Positions 19,639 to 29,583 of a DNA stretch of 56,544 bases are shown piece by piece (within the stretch, counting starts at the first letter, position 1; each line of letters opens with the position of its first letter). Below the pieces are notes generated by a model. The model saw only the letters and a program-made list of their open reading frames with translations, had not been told where the DNA came from and did not search any database. Position numbers and translations under genes: made by a program. Origin of the DNA: an uncultured archaeon (GTDB lineage: Archaea > Asgardarchaeota > Heimdallarchaeia > Heimdallarchaeales > Kariarchaeaceae); NCBI GenBank assembly GCA_964645535.1, contig CAZYCQ010000004.1, forward strand, positions 30,874 through 87,417, in the 5' to 3' direction.

Positions 19639-21093
19639 ATGGTTACCCTTTCAGGTGAGGAATCACAAGAGATTGCAAAATCTACGATCTCTAAAGAAAT
19701 TATTCTTCTGCTTATTTCGACATTGCTGCTCCGAATTGGATTCGGTGCAATTTTGATTCTCTTCGATTGGACACTCGTCTGGGGAATTGAACATACTCTG
19801 GGTGTGGAAGCTCATTCTAGTGTCGAATCAATTCTTCTGACATCTTTTGCTGCAATTACGTATCTCATTGCTGAAATATTGATGACTGGTTACTACGGTA
19901 ACAGATCTGACAAAGTAGGAGCAAAACCCGTGATTCTTTTCGCAACGATTGGCTCCTTCATTGTGATTCTTCTCTATATGCCCTCAACATTGATTTTTGA
20001 TGCCTTTTACCTTACCTCCCCCATAGTTGCTCTTCTTTTGCTGACTGGCTATCTTGCTTTAATCCATTTCATCCATGGGGTCTTTGCAGCTGCAAAAGTA
20101 GCTCCAACCCTTGGCTTCATAAATCATTATTCTGATGAGACGAACCGGACACTACATATGGCCTATTTTGACAACGCAATCCTGTATGGAAGAGCTTTGG
20201 GGATGATGAGTGGTGCTTTCACTTGGATATACTTCAAAGTTGATCATGCTCAGGATGTAATTGTGCAATCTCGGAGAATTTCACTTGCTTATGTCCCACT
20301 TTCTGTTTTGCTTCTTGTTGCAAGCCTGATAATCTATTTTGGATTAAACAATACCCCTACCATTGAAGAACCAAAACCATTTAACCTTAAGGAAGATGTA
20401 AAAATTGCATTTTCCGTCATGATGAAAGAAGAAAGGAGACCTTTGCTTCTTCCATGGCTTTCCATTGCAGCATTGATCGGATCCGCTTCAATTTGGGGCC
20501 CTTCCGTTGCATTTAGGATTGTAGGCGGAAAAGATGGACACAACAATGACCGTGGATTTGAAGCCATACTTCCAATAATGGTCATACTGTTTGCTTTAGC
20601 CCTACCTGCACCTTTTTGGGGGTGGTATGCTGACCGACACGGAAAGAAACGCACAATGACCATTGGGCTTTTCGGTATTCCAATTGCATTGGTATTGGGT
20701 TTGGCAATTGGCTTCCCATTTTATGGAGAGGCTTTGCTTTCCCAAGAAGCCTCGATCATCAGCAATATTCCGTTCCTCGCCTCCTTAGCTCCTGCTATTT
20801 TCTTTTTCTCGTCCTTTATTCCGGTGCTTATTGGATCCTTGGGTGAAACTGCCCATCGAGAAAAGAAGGAAGATGGACATGTCATGTCAGGGTACCACTT
20901 CGTGATCGCAATGGGTGAAATCATCGGAATCTTGGGTGGTGGATTGTTTATTGGTCTATTTGCCCTGTTCCATCAGATCAACTTGATTCCTGACGGAAAC
21001 CTTGCCCTCTTGGTCGGTTTTGTCTTATTCGAGTTGATATTGGTGGCGGGAATGACACTGGGTATTCTCAGACTTCCAGATAGATATCATTAA
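19639..21093 (+). CDS. MFS transporter
   Basis: About 12 TM helices; motif A occurs twice (GNRSDKVGAK, GWYADRHGKKR). Confidence 0.92.
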   Translation: MVTLSGEESQEIAKSTISKEIILLLISTLLLRIGFGAILILFDWTLVWGIEHTLGVEAHSSVESILLTSFAAITYLIAEILMTGYYGNRSDKVGAKPVILFATIGSFIVILLYMPSTLIFDAFYLTSPIVALLLLTGYLALIHFIHGVFAAAKVAPTLGFINHYSDETNRTLHMAYFDNAILYGRALGMMSGAFTWIYFKVDHAQDVIVQSRRISLAYVPLSVLLLVASLIIYFGLNNTPTIEEPKPFNLKEDVKIAFSVMMKEERRPLLLPWLSIAALIGSASIWGPSVAFRIVGGKDGHNNDRGFEAILPIMVILFALALPAPFWGWYADRHGKKRTMTIGLFGIPIALVLGLAIGFPFYGEALLSQEASIISNIPFLASLAPAIFFFSSFIPVLIGSLGETAHREKKEDGHVMSGYHFVIAMGEIIGILGGGLFIGLFALFHQINLIPDGNLALLVGFVLFELILVAGMTLGILRLPDRYH

Positions 21094-21170
21094 TTGGTTA
21101 CTTGCTAAGAAATTTTCAAGATTGCATTGATTAACTTAATAACTGAAGTAGAAAATTAGTAATTTGTAAA

Positions 21171-22451
21171 GTGACACCTGTCATCAATTGTGTTATTGTC
21201 GATGATTCCCTTTTCGTCAGGAAGACCTTGGAGTCCCTCATTAAAAGCTTAGGTCACAATGTCTTGGCTTCTTTCGACAATGCGAAAGACGCGATTGACA
21301 ATATTCTTGACCTTCCATATGACATTATTTTTCTTGACATCATTCTCCCTGATATTTCCGGTCTTGATGCATTGAGGAAAATCTTTAACCTTCAACCTGA
21401 TGCTAGGGTAATAATTCTGTCTGGCTTGGGAGATGAAGATGTCATCAATGCAGCTCTGCAACTTGGTGCAATTGATTACATCCAAAAGCCAATTGATGAA
21501 ATCCAGTTAAGAAAGGTAATCGAAACAGTCATTGAATCATATTATTCACTTGATGCAGTCACCCTTTCTAAAATTGAAGCTACTGCAAAATTAACCTCTC
21601 TTCTCTTCAATGAGATTCTAGCCATTAGCAATTCGCAAGTACGACGGGTCGTTAAAAGCCAGATTGAATCTATTCTATTGAATCCTCCCCCTGTGATCCC
21701 AAAAATGTTCAATATAGATGTGGAAAACCTTGTCCTGTCAGCAAAAGAGGAAATTTTTGGTGTTTATGAGGAAGATGAAGTCATTTATTCACTCAGAAGT
21801 TTGATTGATATTCTCAAAGACGAACTTACGTTTATTTATAGTGAAGATTACGTGGAAAAGCTATTTCAATCTGCCATGCTCGCTTTAGTTTCCAAACAGG
21901 CGACCGCTAAACTTGTTGCTCAAATTGATCCAAAGGAATTAGGTGTTTCACTTCCTGAGAAAATAGACTATGAAAAATTCAAAATCTATATGGAACAGGC
22001 ACAAGAGGAAATTGAGGACAATTTACTTCTTGCTACCGTTTTTTTCGGACAGATCGGACCCGAAATCAAAAATATGCTCGGGAATACCGAATTGGTTCCA
22101 GAAAATGTAATTGTCAAATCTTCAATTTTCTATTTAACCTTGGTAGGATTCGGAGAGGAGAAAAAAGGACTTTTTGGTCCTCTGCCTGCATCTGATCTCA
22201 ACGAAATCTCTGCCATTTTTTACTCTCTCTATCCTATGGAAAGCCCAGACAATCCATCCCCAATAAGCACAATTCTTGTTTTGTTCTATAGGTTTACCGC
22301 TGATCGGATTGTCGAAGATTTCAATCGTATTAATTTTATCTTTCGAACTCGACTGGCAAAAGTCCAGTACCTGTCCGATATTTCAAAGGTTCTTTTGAGA
22401 GGGATTATGGAAGATATCATTGAAAATTACAGGGATCTAGAGGATGTATAG
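21171..22451 (+). CDS. Response regulator: CheY-like receiver, helical middle domain and C-terminal longin/uDENN-like domain
   Basis: Receiver VIVDDS, IFLDIILPDISG, IILSG, IQKP. C-terminal LLLATVFFGQIGPEI...GLFGPLP. Same architecture as 3307-4731. Confidence 0.8.
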   Translation: MTPVINCVIVDDSLFVRKTLESLIKSLGHNVLASFDNAKDAIDNILDLPYDIIFLDIILPDISGLDALRKIFNLQPDARVIILSGLGDEDVINAALQLGAIDYIQKPIDEIQLRKVIETVIESYYSLDAVTLSKIEATAKLTSLLFNEILAISNSQVRRVVKSQIESILLNPPPVIPKMFNIDVENLVLSAKEEIFGVYEEDEVIYSLRSLIDILKDELTFIYSEDYVEKLFQSAMLALVSKQATAKLVAQIDPKELGVSLPEKIDYEKFKIYMEQAQEEIEDNLLLATVFFGQIGPEIKNMLGNTELVPENVIVKSSIFYLTLVGFGEEKKGLFGPLPASDLNEISAIFYSLYPMESPDNPSPISTILVLFYRFTADRIVEDFNRINFIFRTRLAKVQYLSDISKVLLRGIMEDIIENYRDLEDV

Positions 22452-22521
22452 CTCCATTTTCCTCCTTTTGATGAATATACCCTTATATATTAATCTGTTC
22501 CATATGCAATAGAAGGAAAAG

Positions 22522-23091
22522 ATGGCACAAACCAATCCTCTCCAAGATATGAAACAGTATAAAATCGTAATCGCAGGTGAAACTGGCGTCGGAAAGACAA
22601 CCCTCCGCTTGAGATACTTTGGGGGAAAATTCACAAAAAATTATATCCCCACTTTAGGTGTTGATTTTTCAGTGATGAGAAAAAAAGTTTCTGAAGGATC
22701 ATATGCAGAAATTCAAGTTTGGGATATGGCTGGACAGATGACCTTTCAATCTCTTCGAAAAAGATTCTTCCTTGGGGCATCATCGCTGTTCCTAGTTTAT
22801 GATATCACAAACCGTGAAACATTTGAAAAATTGTTTGAATGGTTTGATGATTTTTGGGTTTCATACAATAATAGACCTGATGTTCCCTTGGTACTGATTG
22901 GAAACAAAATCGATCTTGGAAATCCCCAAGTCTCTAAAGAGGAAATGGATGGCTTTTGGGAAGAAGTGCGCACTAACTACCCTGAATTTAAAGGAAAAAC
23001 AACCTCAATTTACACATCCGCTCTCAATGGCTATAATGTAAGAGAAGTCTTTGATTTGACAGTACAGGAAATATCTAAACTCTATAAATAG
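22522..23091 (+). CDS. Rab-like small GTPase
   Basis: GETGVGKTT, YIPTLGVDF, WDMAGQ, GNKID, TSAL. Confidence 0.95.
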   Translation: MAQTNPLQDMKQYKIVIAGETGVGKTTLRLRYFGGKFTKNYIPTLGVDFSVMRKKVSEGSYAEIQVWDMAGQMTFQSLRKRFFLGASSLFLVYDITNRETFEKLFEWFDDFWVSYNNRPDVPLVLIGNKIDLGNPQVSKEEMDGFWEEVRTNYPEFKGKTTSIYTSALNGYNVREVFDLTVQEISKLYK

Positions 23092-24204
23092 CTAAAAAAT
23101 AACATCCAATGATCTTCTTACATCCACTCCCATTGTGAATACAAACAGCAATGCACTGGCAAGGAACATGGTCAACGCTTGCCACCCTTTCAAATATTTC
23201 ATCAGAAATTTGTCTCTTCCTATACTCGGAAATATTTCAACTAAAACATACATTGCCAAAAAGTTACTGAATAACCGTAAGGCAACTTGAATCTCTGGAT
23301 TGAGGGATCCTGCCAAATAATTCATGATGAAGCCGATAATGAGTATCAAGACCAGGAAATCTCTCTTGACCTTTGGATATGCAATTCGGAAGTAATACTC
23401 GACTCTGCTTATCTGCTGGTTCTTGAATTTCCTTTGATCAAAATTTTGTACAAGGATCACATTTGATTCTTTCAGTGTTGAACGTTCCTTGTTTTCCTTA
23501 ATTGAAACACCGACATAAGAGACAAAAAAGGTAGACAGAACCAAGGATGCCAATAAATCAAACCGTGAATAATGAAAATCAACTGAAAAGCCATAATCTT
23601 TTAACCCATGTCTGAACCAAATTATATGAAACAACATAAAACTTGACATGAGAACAGTTCCTATTATCCACGTAAAAAGTGGTGGAAAAGCATCAAACAG
23701 GAGCATGAATTTGAAACCAAGAGATAAAACCAATACACTTGAAATAAAAATCATCACTTTCCGATCATATTTACCTATCCACTTATCCTCCGTTGGAATA
23801 ATCATATCTTCATAAATGGCTCCTTTGACCTCCTTTCTTATAACCGGAAACGACGGTGCTGGAGGAAATGTTGTCGGACTTCCTTGTTGATAGAATTGTT
23901 GTGATGGCTGATTGACATTTGGCACTGGTTGGAACTGAGTTGGAACAGAAGGTGTTTGAGAAGGTTGACCAGTAACATTCAATTGATTTCCACAATTTTG
24001 GCAGTATCGTGAATCTCTTGGATTGCTAGATCCACACTTTTCACATATCTGCCCCTTGTCATCAGGTTTCTCAGTCTTTTTGACCGGATGGCCGCAAATC
24101 CCGCAAAATTTTGCGTCTTTGGACAATGTGTTTCCGCAGGACTCACATACTGGTTGACTCACATGTGTGAAACTCTTCAAGGGCTTAAAACAAAATCGAT
24201 TCAA
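23092..24204 (-). CDS. Double zinc-ribbon membrane protein with a Q/P-rich linker and an M50-like TM domain (start probably the GTG at 24162)
   Basis: CESCG..FCGICG and CEKCG..YCQNCG, then a Pro/Gln linker and about 6 TM helices. Confidence 0.8.
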   Translation of the reverse strand: MNRFCFKPLKSFTHVSQPVCESCGNTLSKDAKFCGICGHPVKKTEKPDDKGQICEKCGSSNPRDSRYCQNCGNQLNVTGQPSQTPSVPTQFQPVPNVNQPSQQFYQQGSPTTFPPAPSFPVIRKEVKGAIYEDMIIPTEDKWIGKYDRKVMIFISSVLVLSLGFKFMLLFDAFPPLFTWIIGTVLMSSFMLFHIIWFRHGLKDYGFSVDFHYSRFDLLASLVLSTFFVSYVGVSIKENKERSTLKESNVILVQNFDQRKFKNQQISRVEYYFRIAYPKVKRDFLVLILIIGFIMNYLAGSLNPEIQVALRLFSNFLAMYVLVEIFPSIGRDKFLMKYLKGWQALTMFLASALLFVFTMGVDVRRSLDVIF

Positions 24205-24276
24205 GGTACCTCTTTTTTCTTAAGTGCCACAATCAAATGAAAACATAGAAATTGTCACTGTTTAACTTGAAATCAT

Positions 24277-25497
24277 ATGATAAGCAAAAAAACCATTGAA
24301 GATATTGACCTTAAAGGAAAACGGGTATTGGTGAGGGTTGATTTCAATGTCCCGATCCAAAACGGAATGGTGATGGATGATACCCGTATCAAAGGAGCCC
24401 TTCCCACAATTCGGTATTTGATGGAGAGAGACGCCAAAATCATTCTCATGTCACATTTGGGAAGACCAAAGCTTCCTGACAAAGAGAAACGATATACTCT
24501 TGAACCAGTTGCCCAACATCTTTCTCACCTTTTGAACAAAGAAGTTCAGTTTTCTCCAGAAATTGTCGGGTCTGAAGTTGAAAGAAAAGTGGAAAGTTTG
24601 AAAAGTGGTGACATTCTCCTCCTTGAAAATACTAGATACCATCCCGGTGAAAAAAAGAATGATCCAGAATTTGCGAAAGAGCTTTCTAAGTTAGGCGACG
24701 TGTTTGTGAATGATGCTTTTGGAACTCTACATCGAGCCCACGCTTCCACTGTAGGTATTACCCAATTTCTCCCTTCGGTTGCTGGATTACTGGTCAAGAA
24801 AGAACTTGAAGCTCTAGAAGGCGCCCTCAACAATCCGACAAAACCAGTAATCGCAATATTCGGAGGCGCTAAGGTCTCTGACAAAATAGAAGTGGTCGAA
24901 AGGTTTGTAGGCTTTGCAGACAAAATTCTAATTGGGGGAGGAATGGCCTTTACCTTCCTAAAATTAAAGGGTAAGGAGATTGGCAATTCCCTTTATGATA
25001 AATCAATGGAAGATCCTTCTAGAAGAATCTTGGAGTCTGCTGAACAAAAAGGAACGGAAATCATCCTACCAGTTGACTGTAAGGTTGCACTGTCTCTTGA
25101 AAAACCATTATTGGTTAAGGGAGAAGCAGAAACAAGAATGATTGATCAGATTGGAGAAAACGAAATGGGTCTTGACATTGGTCCTGAAACCTCAAAACTA
25201 TTTCGAGAAATAATCATGTCCGCAAATACAATTTTTTGGAACGGTCCCATGGGTGTCTTTGAAAATCCTCTCTATGAAAAGGGAACTATAGAAATAGCAA
25301 AAGCTATTTTCGAAAGGTCTGTTTCAACCATTGTTGGAGGAGGGGATAGTGTCTTTGCCTTAAACAAAGCTAGTGAGATCCTCAAGCAAGAAATTCCTCC
25401 ATCAATCCATGTCTCTACAGGTGGTGGAGCAACAATTGAATATCTTTCCGGAAAGGAACTTCCTGGGCTTGCTGCATTGGAAGATGCAGCTAGGTAA
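24277..25497 (+). CDS. pgk: Phosphoglycerate kinase
   Basis: RVDFNVP, SHLGRP, NDAFGTLHRAHAS, GGAKVSDKI, WNGPMGVFE, GGGDS, STGGGA. Confidence 0.99.
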   Translation: MISKKTIEDIDLKGKRVLVRVDFNVPIQNGMVMDDTRIKGALPTIRYLMERDAKIILMSHLGRPKLPDKEKRYTLEPVAQHLSHLLNKEVQFSPEIVGSEVERKVESLKSGDILLLENTRYHPGEKKNDPEFAKELSKLGDVFVNDAFGTLHRAHASTVGITQFLPSVAGLLVKKELEALEGALNNPTKPVIAIFGGAKVSDKIEVVERFVGFADKILIGGGMAFTFLKLKGKEIGNSLYDKSMEDPSRRILESAEQKGTEIILPVDCKVALSLEKPLLVKGEAETRMIDQIGENEMGLDIGPETSKLFREIIMSANTIFWNGPMGVFENPLYEKGTIEIAKAIFERSVSTIVGGGDSVFALNKASEILKQEIPPSIHVSTGGGATIEYLSGKELPGLAALEDAAR

Positions 25498-27043
25498 ATT
25501 TCTTGACCAATTTTGAAACCTTGCTTATGTATTCTTCCAAATTTGCCAGATAAAAATTCGAATGGTATTTGCTGAGGGTGGATATCTCCCTTTCCCTTTG
25601 TCTCAAGAAATCTTTATATCTAGTGACCTCTTCTTCAATCATGTTTTCCACCCGATAGGAATTGACTTCATTCCTTAGTTCTTCCATCTTTTGAACTACT
25701 GAATGTGCATTTTTGAAATCGTTACGTTCCAAGTAAAGATTTAGCAATAATGCTTCGCCTCGTAATTGAATTTCAATCAGATGGGATTGTTGAGCTTCAT
25801 TGATTAAATCCTTGACAAGTGAAATGAGTTCAATTATATCTTCTTCAGATGCTGTTATCCTGAATTCCATCAATTGTATGGTTATCAATGCGATTCTGGC
25901 TTCCAATCTATGGAGGATGTCTGTGAATTTTCCTTGAGCCAGCATATTAGATACTTCATCCTTGATTTCCAATATTTTTGCAAACCTATCAAAATAAAGT
26001 GACTGCCTGCACTTAATCAACAAATAAAGATAATCCAATTTGTTATGTTCCGGAAGACCAAAATAATAATTGGTTATTTCCTCAAAAATATGTTTTGCCT
26101 TCTCCAACATTCTTTGAGAGCAATAGAAACTGTGTATGTCATTGGCTCGTTCAAGCACATTTTTTGGACTCCCATACTCTTTGGCTTGATGATATGCCTT
26201 AATATAGAACTCTTCTGCCTGATCCATATTCCCCAATTCAAAATTTGCCTTTCCCAATTCTCTTAAAACAAAAGGAAGGTCTCCTTCATTCCCAAGAATA
26301 GTAATGGCTTCTGCTGCGTTTTCAAGATTCTTAATGGCTTTCCTATAATTTCCTGTAATCTGGTATGTATAAGCCAAGTTCATCCATGCAAAAAACTTGA
26401 TTTGGGAATAGTCAAATCCTTCCAACAATTCCAAAACTTCTTCAAGCTCCTCCTCCGCCCGCTCATATTTTCCAAGATAGATATTTGCCAAACCAGCATT
26501 GTTCTTTAAGTAAGCGAACCAGTAGTTTTCAAAATTTTCAGAAATCAAGACCGCGTCATCATGAATGTTTCCTAAATGGTTCATTGTTTTTTGAATTAAA
26601 TCCAATGCCTCTTCGACATGTCCTTCTTCGAGATTCAAAAAAGATCTAATGGTATATTGAATTATTGTCAATTTGGTTTGGGTCTTTGGAGGGCAGGTAT
26701 CCAGCAGTTTGTTTACATGTTCTAGTCTTGTCTTGGCATCATCATATCTCCCCATTCGGATAAGTCCGAAGATTTTGATCATTTCCACAAGATACAAATG
26801 AACATAATTCTCTTCCATTATCGGAAATGGCGGAACAAGATTCTCAAGTTCTTCATACTCTCCCTTTATCAAAAGATAAAAAGAACGTGAAAGAATATAT
26901 TCCCACAGATTTTCATCCCAAGGGCTTGTATCAGGAAACAAGGATCTCGGATCAGAACGGAAAAAACTATTCATCTCTGAAGTGAACCCATGAAGCAACA
27001 TTTCTGTGATAAGAGACCCATAATACATGTCCGCGTACTTCAT
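25490..27043 (-). CDS. TPR-repeat protein
   Basis: NNAGLANIYLGKYERAEEEL, NLAYTYQITGNYRKAIKNL, ELGKANFELGNMDQAEEFY. Confidence 0.85.
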   Translation of the reverse strand: MKYADMYYGSLITEMLLHGFTSEMNSFFRSDPRSLFPDTSPWDENLWEYILSRSFYLLIKGEYEELENLVPPFPIMEENYVHLYLVEMIKIFGLIRMGRYDDAKTRLEHVNKLLDTCPPKTQTKLTIIQYTIRSFLNLEEGHVEEALDLIQKTMNHLGNIHDDAVLISENFENYWFAYLKNNAGLANIYLGKYERAEEELEEVLELLEGFDYSQIKFFAWMNLAYTYQITGNYRKAIKNLENAAEAITILGNEGDLPFVLRELGKANFELGNMDQAEEFYIKAYHQAKEYGSPKNVLERANDIHSFYCSQRMLEKAKHIFEEITNYYFGLPEHNKLDYLYLLIKCRQSLYFDRFAKILEIKDEVSNMLAQGKFTDILHRLEARIALITIQLMEFRITASEEDIIELISLVKDLINEAQQSHLIEIQLRGEALLLNLYLERNDFKNAHSVVQKMEELRNEVNSYRVENMIEEEVTRYKDFLRQREREISTLSKYHSNFYLANLEEYISKVSKLVKKFT

Positions 27044-27269
27044 CCTTTGTCCTTCTTCAGATTTAATTCTTACTGAAATTCAAAAGATATTTTTGTTTTG
27101 GTTATACTGTTCCTTGTATTCATTAGTGGGACCTCCCTCTTTTTACATCGGACATTCGATACAATTATGTTAAATTTCAACGACCTTTACTTAACGTCTT
27201 TTCACCGAAAGGTTCTTCCATTCTGGAAAAGGATTATTAATGAAATTGACAATCAACGTATGAGATAGG

Positions 27270-29504
27270 ATGTCAGATGGAAAATTACATGTCGGTTATA
27301 CTGTTGAAGGAAACGAGAAGATTGAACTTCCAGTTAAAACCTTGAAACGTCATTTTGCAGCTCTTGGAGCTTCAGGATCTGGAAAAACTGTTTTTGTGAA
27401 GGCGGTAATGGAAGAATGCATAAGAGAGGGGATTCCCCTTCTGATTGTTGATATTCAAGGAGACCTAGCTAGTTTGGCACTGATGGGTGACAAGAAACTT
27501 ATGGAAAGCAAAGGTGTTCCTGGAAGTTATTGGGACGAAATAAAAGAGAAGGCACAAGTTGCCATTTTTACTCCTGCCAGCACAAAAGGAATTCCGATCT
27601 CCATGAATCCTCTGAAAGCCCCTCCTGAAGGAATGGATTATGAAGATTTCATACAGGCTGTCGATAGTGTTGCAGAAGCAGTTGCCAGCATAATAGGTTA
27701 TAATACTGAAAAAGGTAAAGGAAAAGATGTCCATTCCTACCTTTACCTTCTTCTTGAATCCCTCTGGGAGAATGGTGAGCAAATTGGATCTTTCGACCAC
27801 CTAGCCCAAGCAATTACTGAAGAAAAATATCTGTCAGATGCAGATAAGGAAATTCTCAAGGACAAGGATAAGGAAGAACTGATCAAGCAAGTCAAATCCC
27901 TTACAATAGGTGCAGATTCTCTTATTTTCAATCTGGGAATGGCATTGGATGTTGAAAAAATGATGAATTGGGCTGATAAAGGGAAGGTTCCCGTAAATGT
28001 TCTTTATCTGAACACAATCAGGGATGATGATACAAAGAAGGCATTCATCGCAGATATTGCAAACCAAACCTACAATTATATGCTCCGTAATCCTTCAGAA
28101 GATGTTCAATTGGTATTTCTTCTCGATGAATTGGCAGGTCTTGTTCCACCAATAGGAAATCCCCCTACCAAGAAAAGCATACAATTATTGCTGAAGCAGG
28201 CAAGAAAATATGGTGTTTCACTTCTTCTGGCTACACAAAACGTGTCGGATGTTGATTACAAATCATTGGGTCAAGTCGGAACTTGGGCTCTAGGTCGATT
28301 GATGGCAAAGCAGGATATCGAAAAAGTTAAGGCGATAATTGAAGCCATCAGTCCAAAAGAAGTGGATGAAATAACCACTAAGATCCGTAAGCTGAAAACC
28401 GGCCAATTCATGCTCCTTGCTCCCGATGTCTATGACAAAGTTCAATTCATGCAGGTAAGATGGCTGGCAACAAACCATACAACATTGGATGAAGAAAGAG
28501 TTAAGCGAGTAATGGATGAATCAGGATTAAGAGACAAATTCCCCAAAGGGAAACTTGGACGAAGAAGAGGAAAGAAGACTAAAGAAGAAGCAGAAACTAA
28601 GGATTCCGAGGAAATGAAGACTCTTGAGGAGGAATTGCGTGAACAGCAGGTTGAACAGGAAACTGATGATCTGGCTGGAATCCCCCAAGTCGAGAAAATC
28701 GATGACCTCCTATCCGAAATGGAAGAACAACCTTTGGCGCTAAGTATTGAAGATGTATCCGTCCAATTGAACATCCCTGAAAAAGAGGCAAAGAAAGAAC
28801 TTGATAAGTTGGCCAAATCAAAGAAATTGGTGGCTGAAGAAATTGATGGCGTGAAATATTATTGGTCGAAAAAACACGATATGGATCCTGCAAATAATAT
28901 AATCGGACCTCTGTTCCGTATCCATTTGGAAATTCCAAAAGGAAAGGCTCAAAAGATTGTTGAAAAAAACATCCCCAAGGATTTATGGAAAAAACGGGAA
29001 GAAATTATTGAAAACAGAACAGAACTATATTACGTCCCTCTTTGGAGGATTTCCGCACTTGAAAGAGAGATAATCAAGAAAGGCGGGCTCTTCAAGAAAA
29101 AGGAGGTGATTCAAAAAGATCGCAAGGTTTTCTATTACATCCATGCAATCAATGGCTCAATTGCCCATCTTGATCTTGAGGAAAAAGAACCCAAACTTTA
29201 TTTCAAATCATCTGGAATAGTGGACAAAAAGGATGTGAACACCCTTGATTCTCGTCCGATCTTTGACAAGGAAGTCCGATCGGGATTATCTGAAAAAGAT
29301 CTCCTCCCCAAACTCAGTCGAGAAAAAGCAACCCGTCAACTTGTCAAACTGATCAGCGCAAGAGTCGATCGTTCAGTTGTCCCTGCCTTGGTCTGGTTCC
29401 CCATCTGGTCTTTCGTGAAATGGGATGACGCAGAAGAAAAAGAAACCTTTGGATGGGTGGATGGAGTTTATGGAACATATTATGATCAAAATCCGTTAGA
29501 ATGA
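27270..29504 (+). CDS. HerA/FtsK-superfamily ATPase (DUF87/DUF853-like) with a winged helix and a C-terminal extension
   Basis: RHFAALGASGSGKT, IVDIQGD, Walker B FLLDE, Arg finger QARKYG, LATQN. Confidence 0.88.
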   Translation: MSDGKLHVGYTVEGNEKIELPVKTLKRHFAALGASGSGKTVFVKAVMEECIREGIPLLIVDIQGDLASLALMGDKKLMESKGVPGSYWDEIKEKAQVAIFTPASTKGIPISMNPLKAPPEGMDYEDFIQAVDSVAEAVASIIGYNTEKGKGKDVHSYLYLLLESLWENGEQIGSFDHLAQAITEEKYLSDADKEILKDKDKEELIKQVKSLTIGADSLIFNLGMALDVEKMMNWADKGKVPVNVLYLNTIRDDDTKKAFIADIANQTYNYMLRNPSEDVQLVFLLDELAGLVPPIGNPPTKKSIQLLLKQARKYGVSLLLATQNVSDVDYKSLGQVGTWALGRLMAKQDIEKVKAIIEAISPKEVDEITTKIRKLKTGQFMLLAPDVYDKVQFMQVRWLATNHTTLDEERVKRVMDESGLRDKFPKGKLGRRRGKKTKEEAETKDSEEMKTLEEELREQQVEQETDDLAGIPQVEKIDDLLSEMEEQPLALSIEDVSVQLNIPEKEAKKELDKLAKSKKLVAEEIDGVKYYWSKKHDMDPANNIIGPLFRIHLEIPKGKAQKIVEKNIPKDLWKKREEIIENRTELYYVPLWRISALEREIIKKGGLFKKKEVIQKDRKVFYYIHAINGSIAHLDLEEKEPKLYFKSSGIVDKKDVNTLDSRPIFDKEVRSGLSEKDLLPKLSREKATRQLVKLISARVDRSVVPALVWFPIWSFVKWDDAEEKETFGWVDGVYGTYYDQNPLE

Positions 29505-29583
29505 AATTGTTGAGAAAATTCTGTTATGTTAATTCCCTTTAGACGAAAAACCTTTTTCTATAAGATATTGCATTATCAAAAAG

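Noticed and set aside
27070-27123. 17-codon minus-strand ORF preceded by GGAGGT, upstream of the TPR gene
   Set aside because: It is too short to support, is out of frame with the TPR gene and has no informative composition; likely chance.
27270-29504. HerA-like ATPase as part of the HerA-NurA repair operon or a defence island
   Set aside because: No nurA/mre11/rad50, Sir2, nuclease or other defence gene is adjacent.
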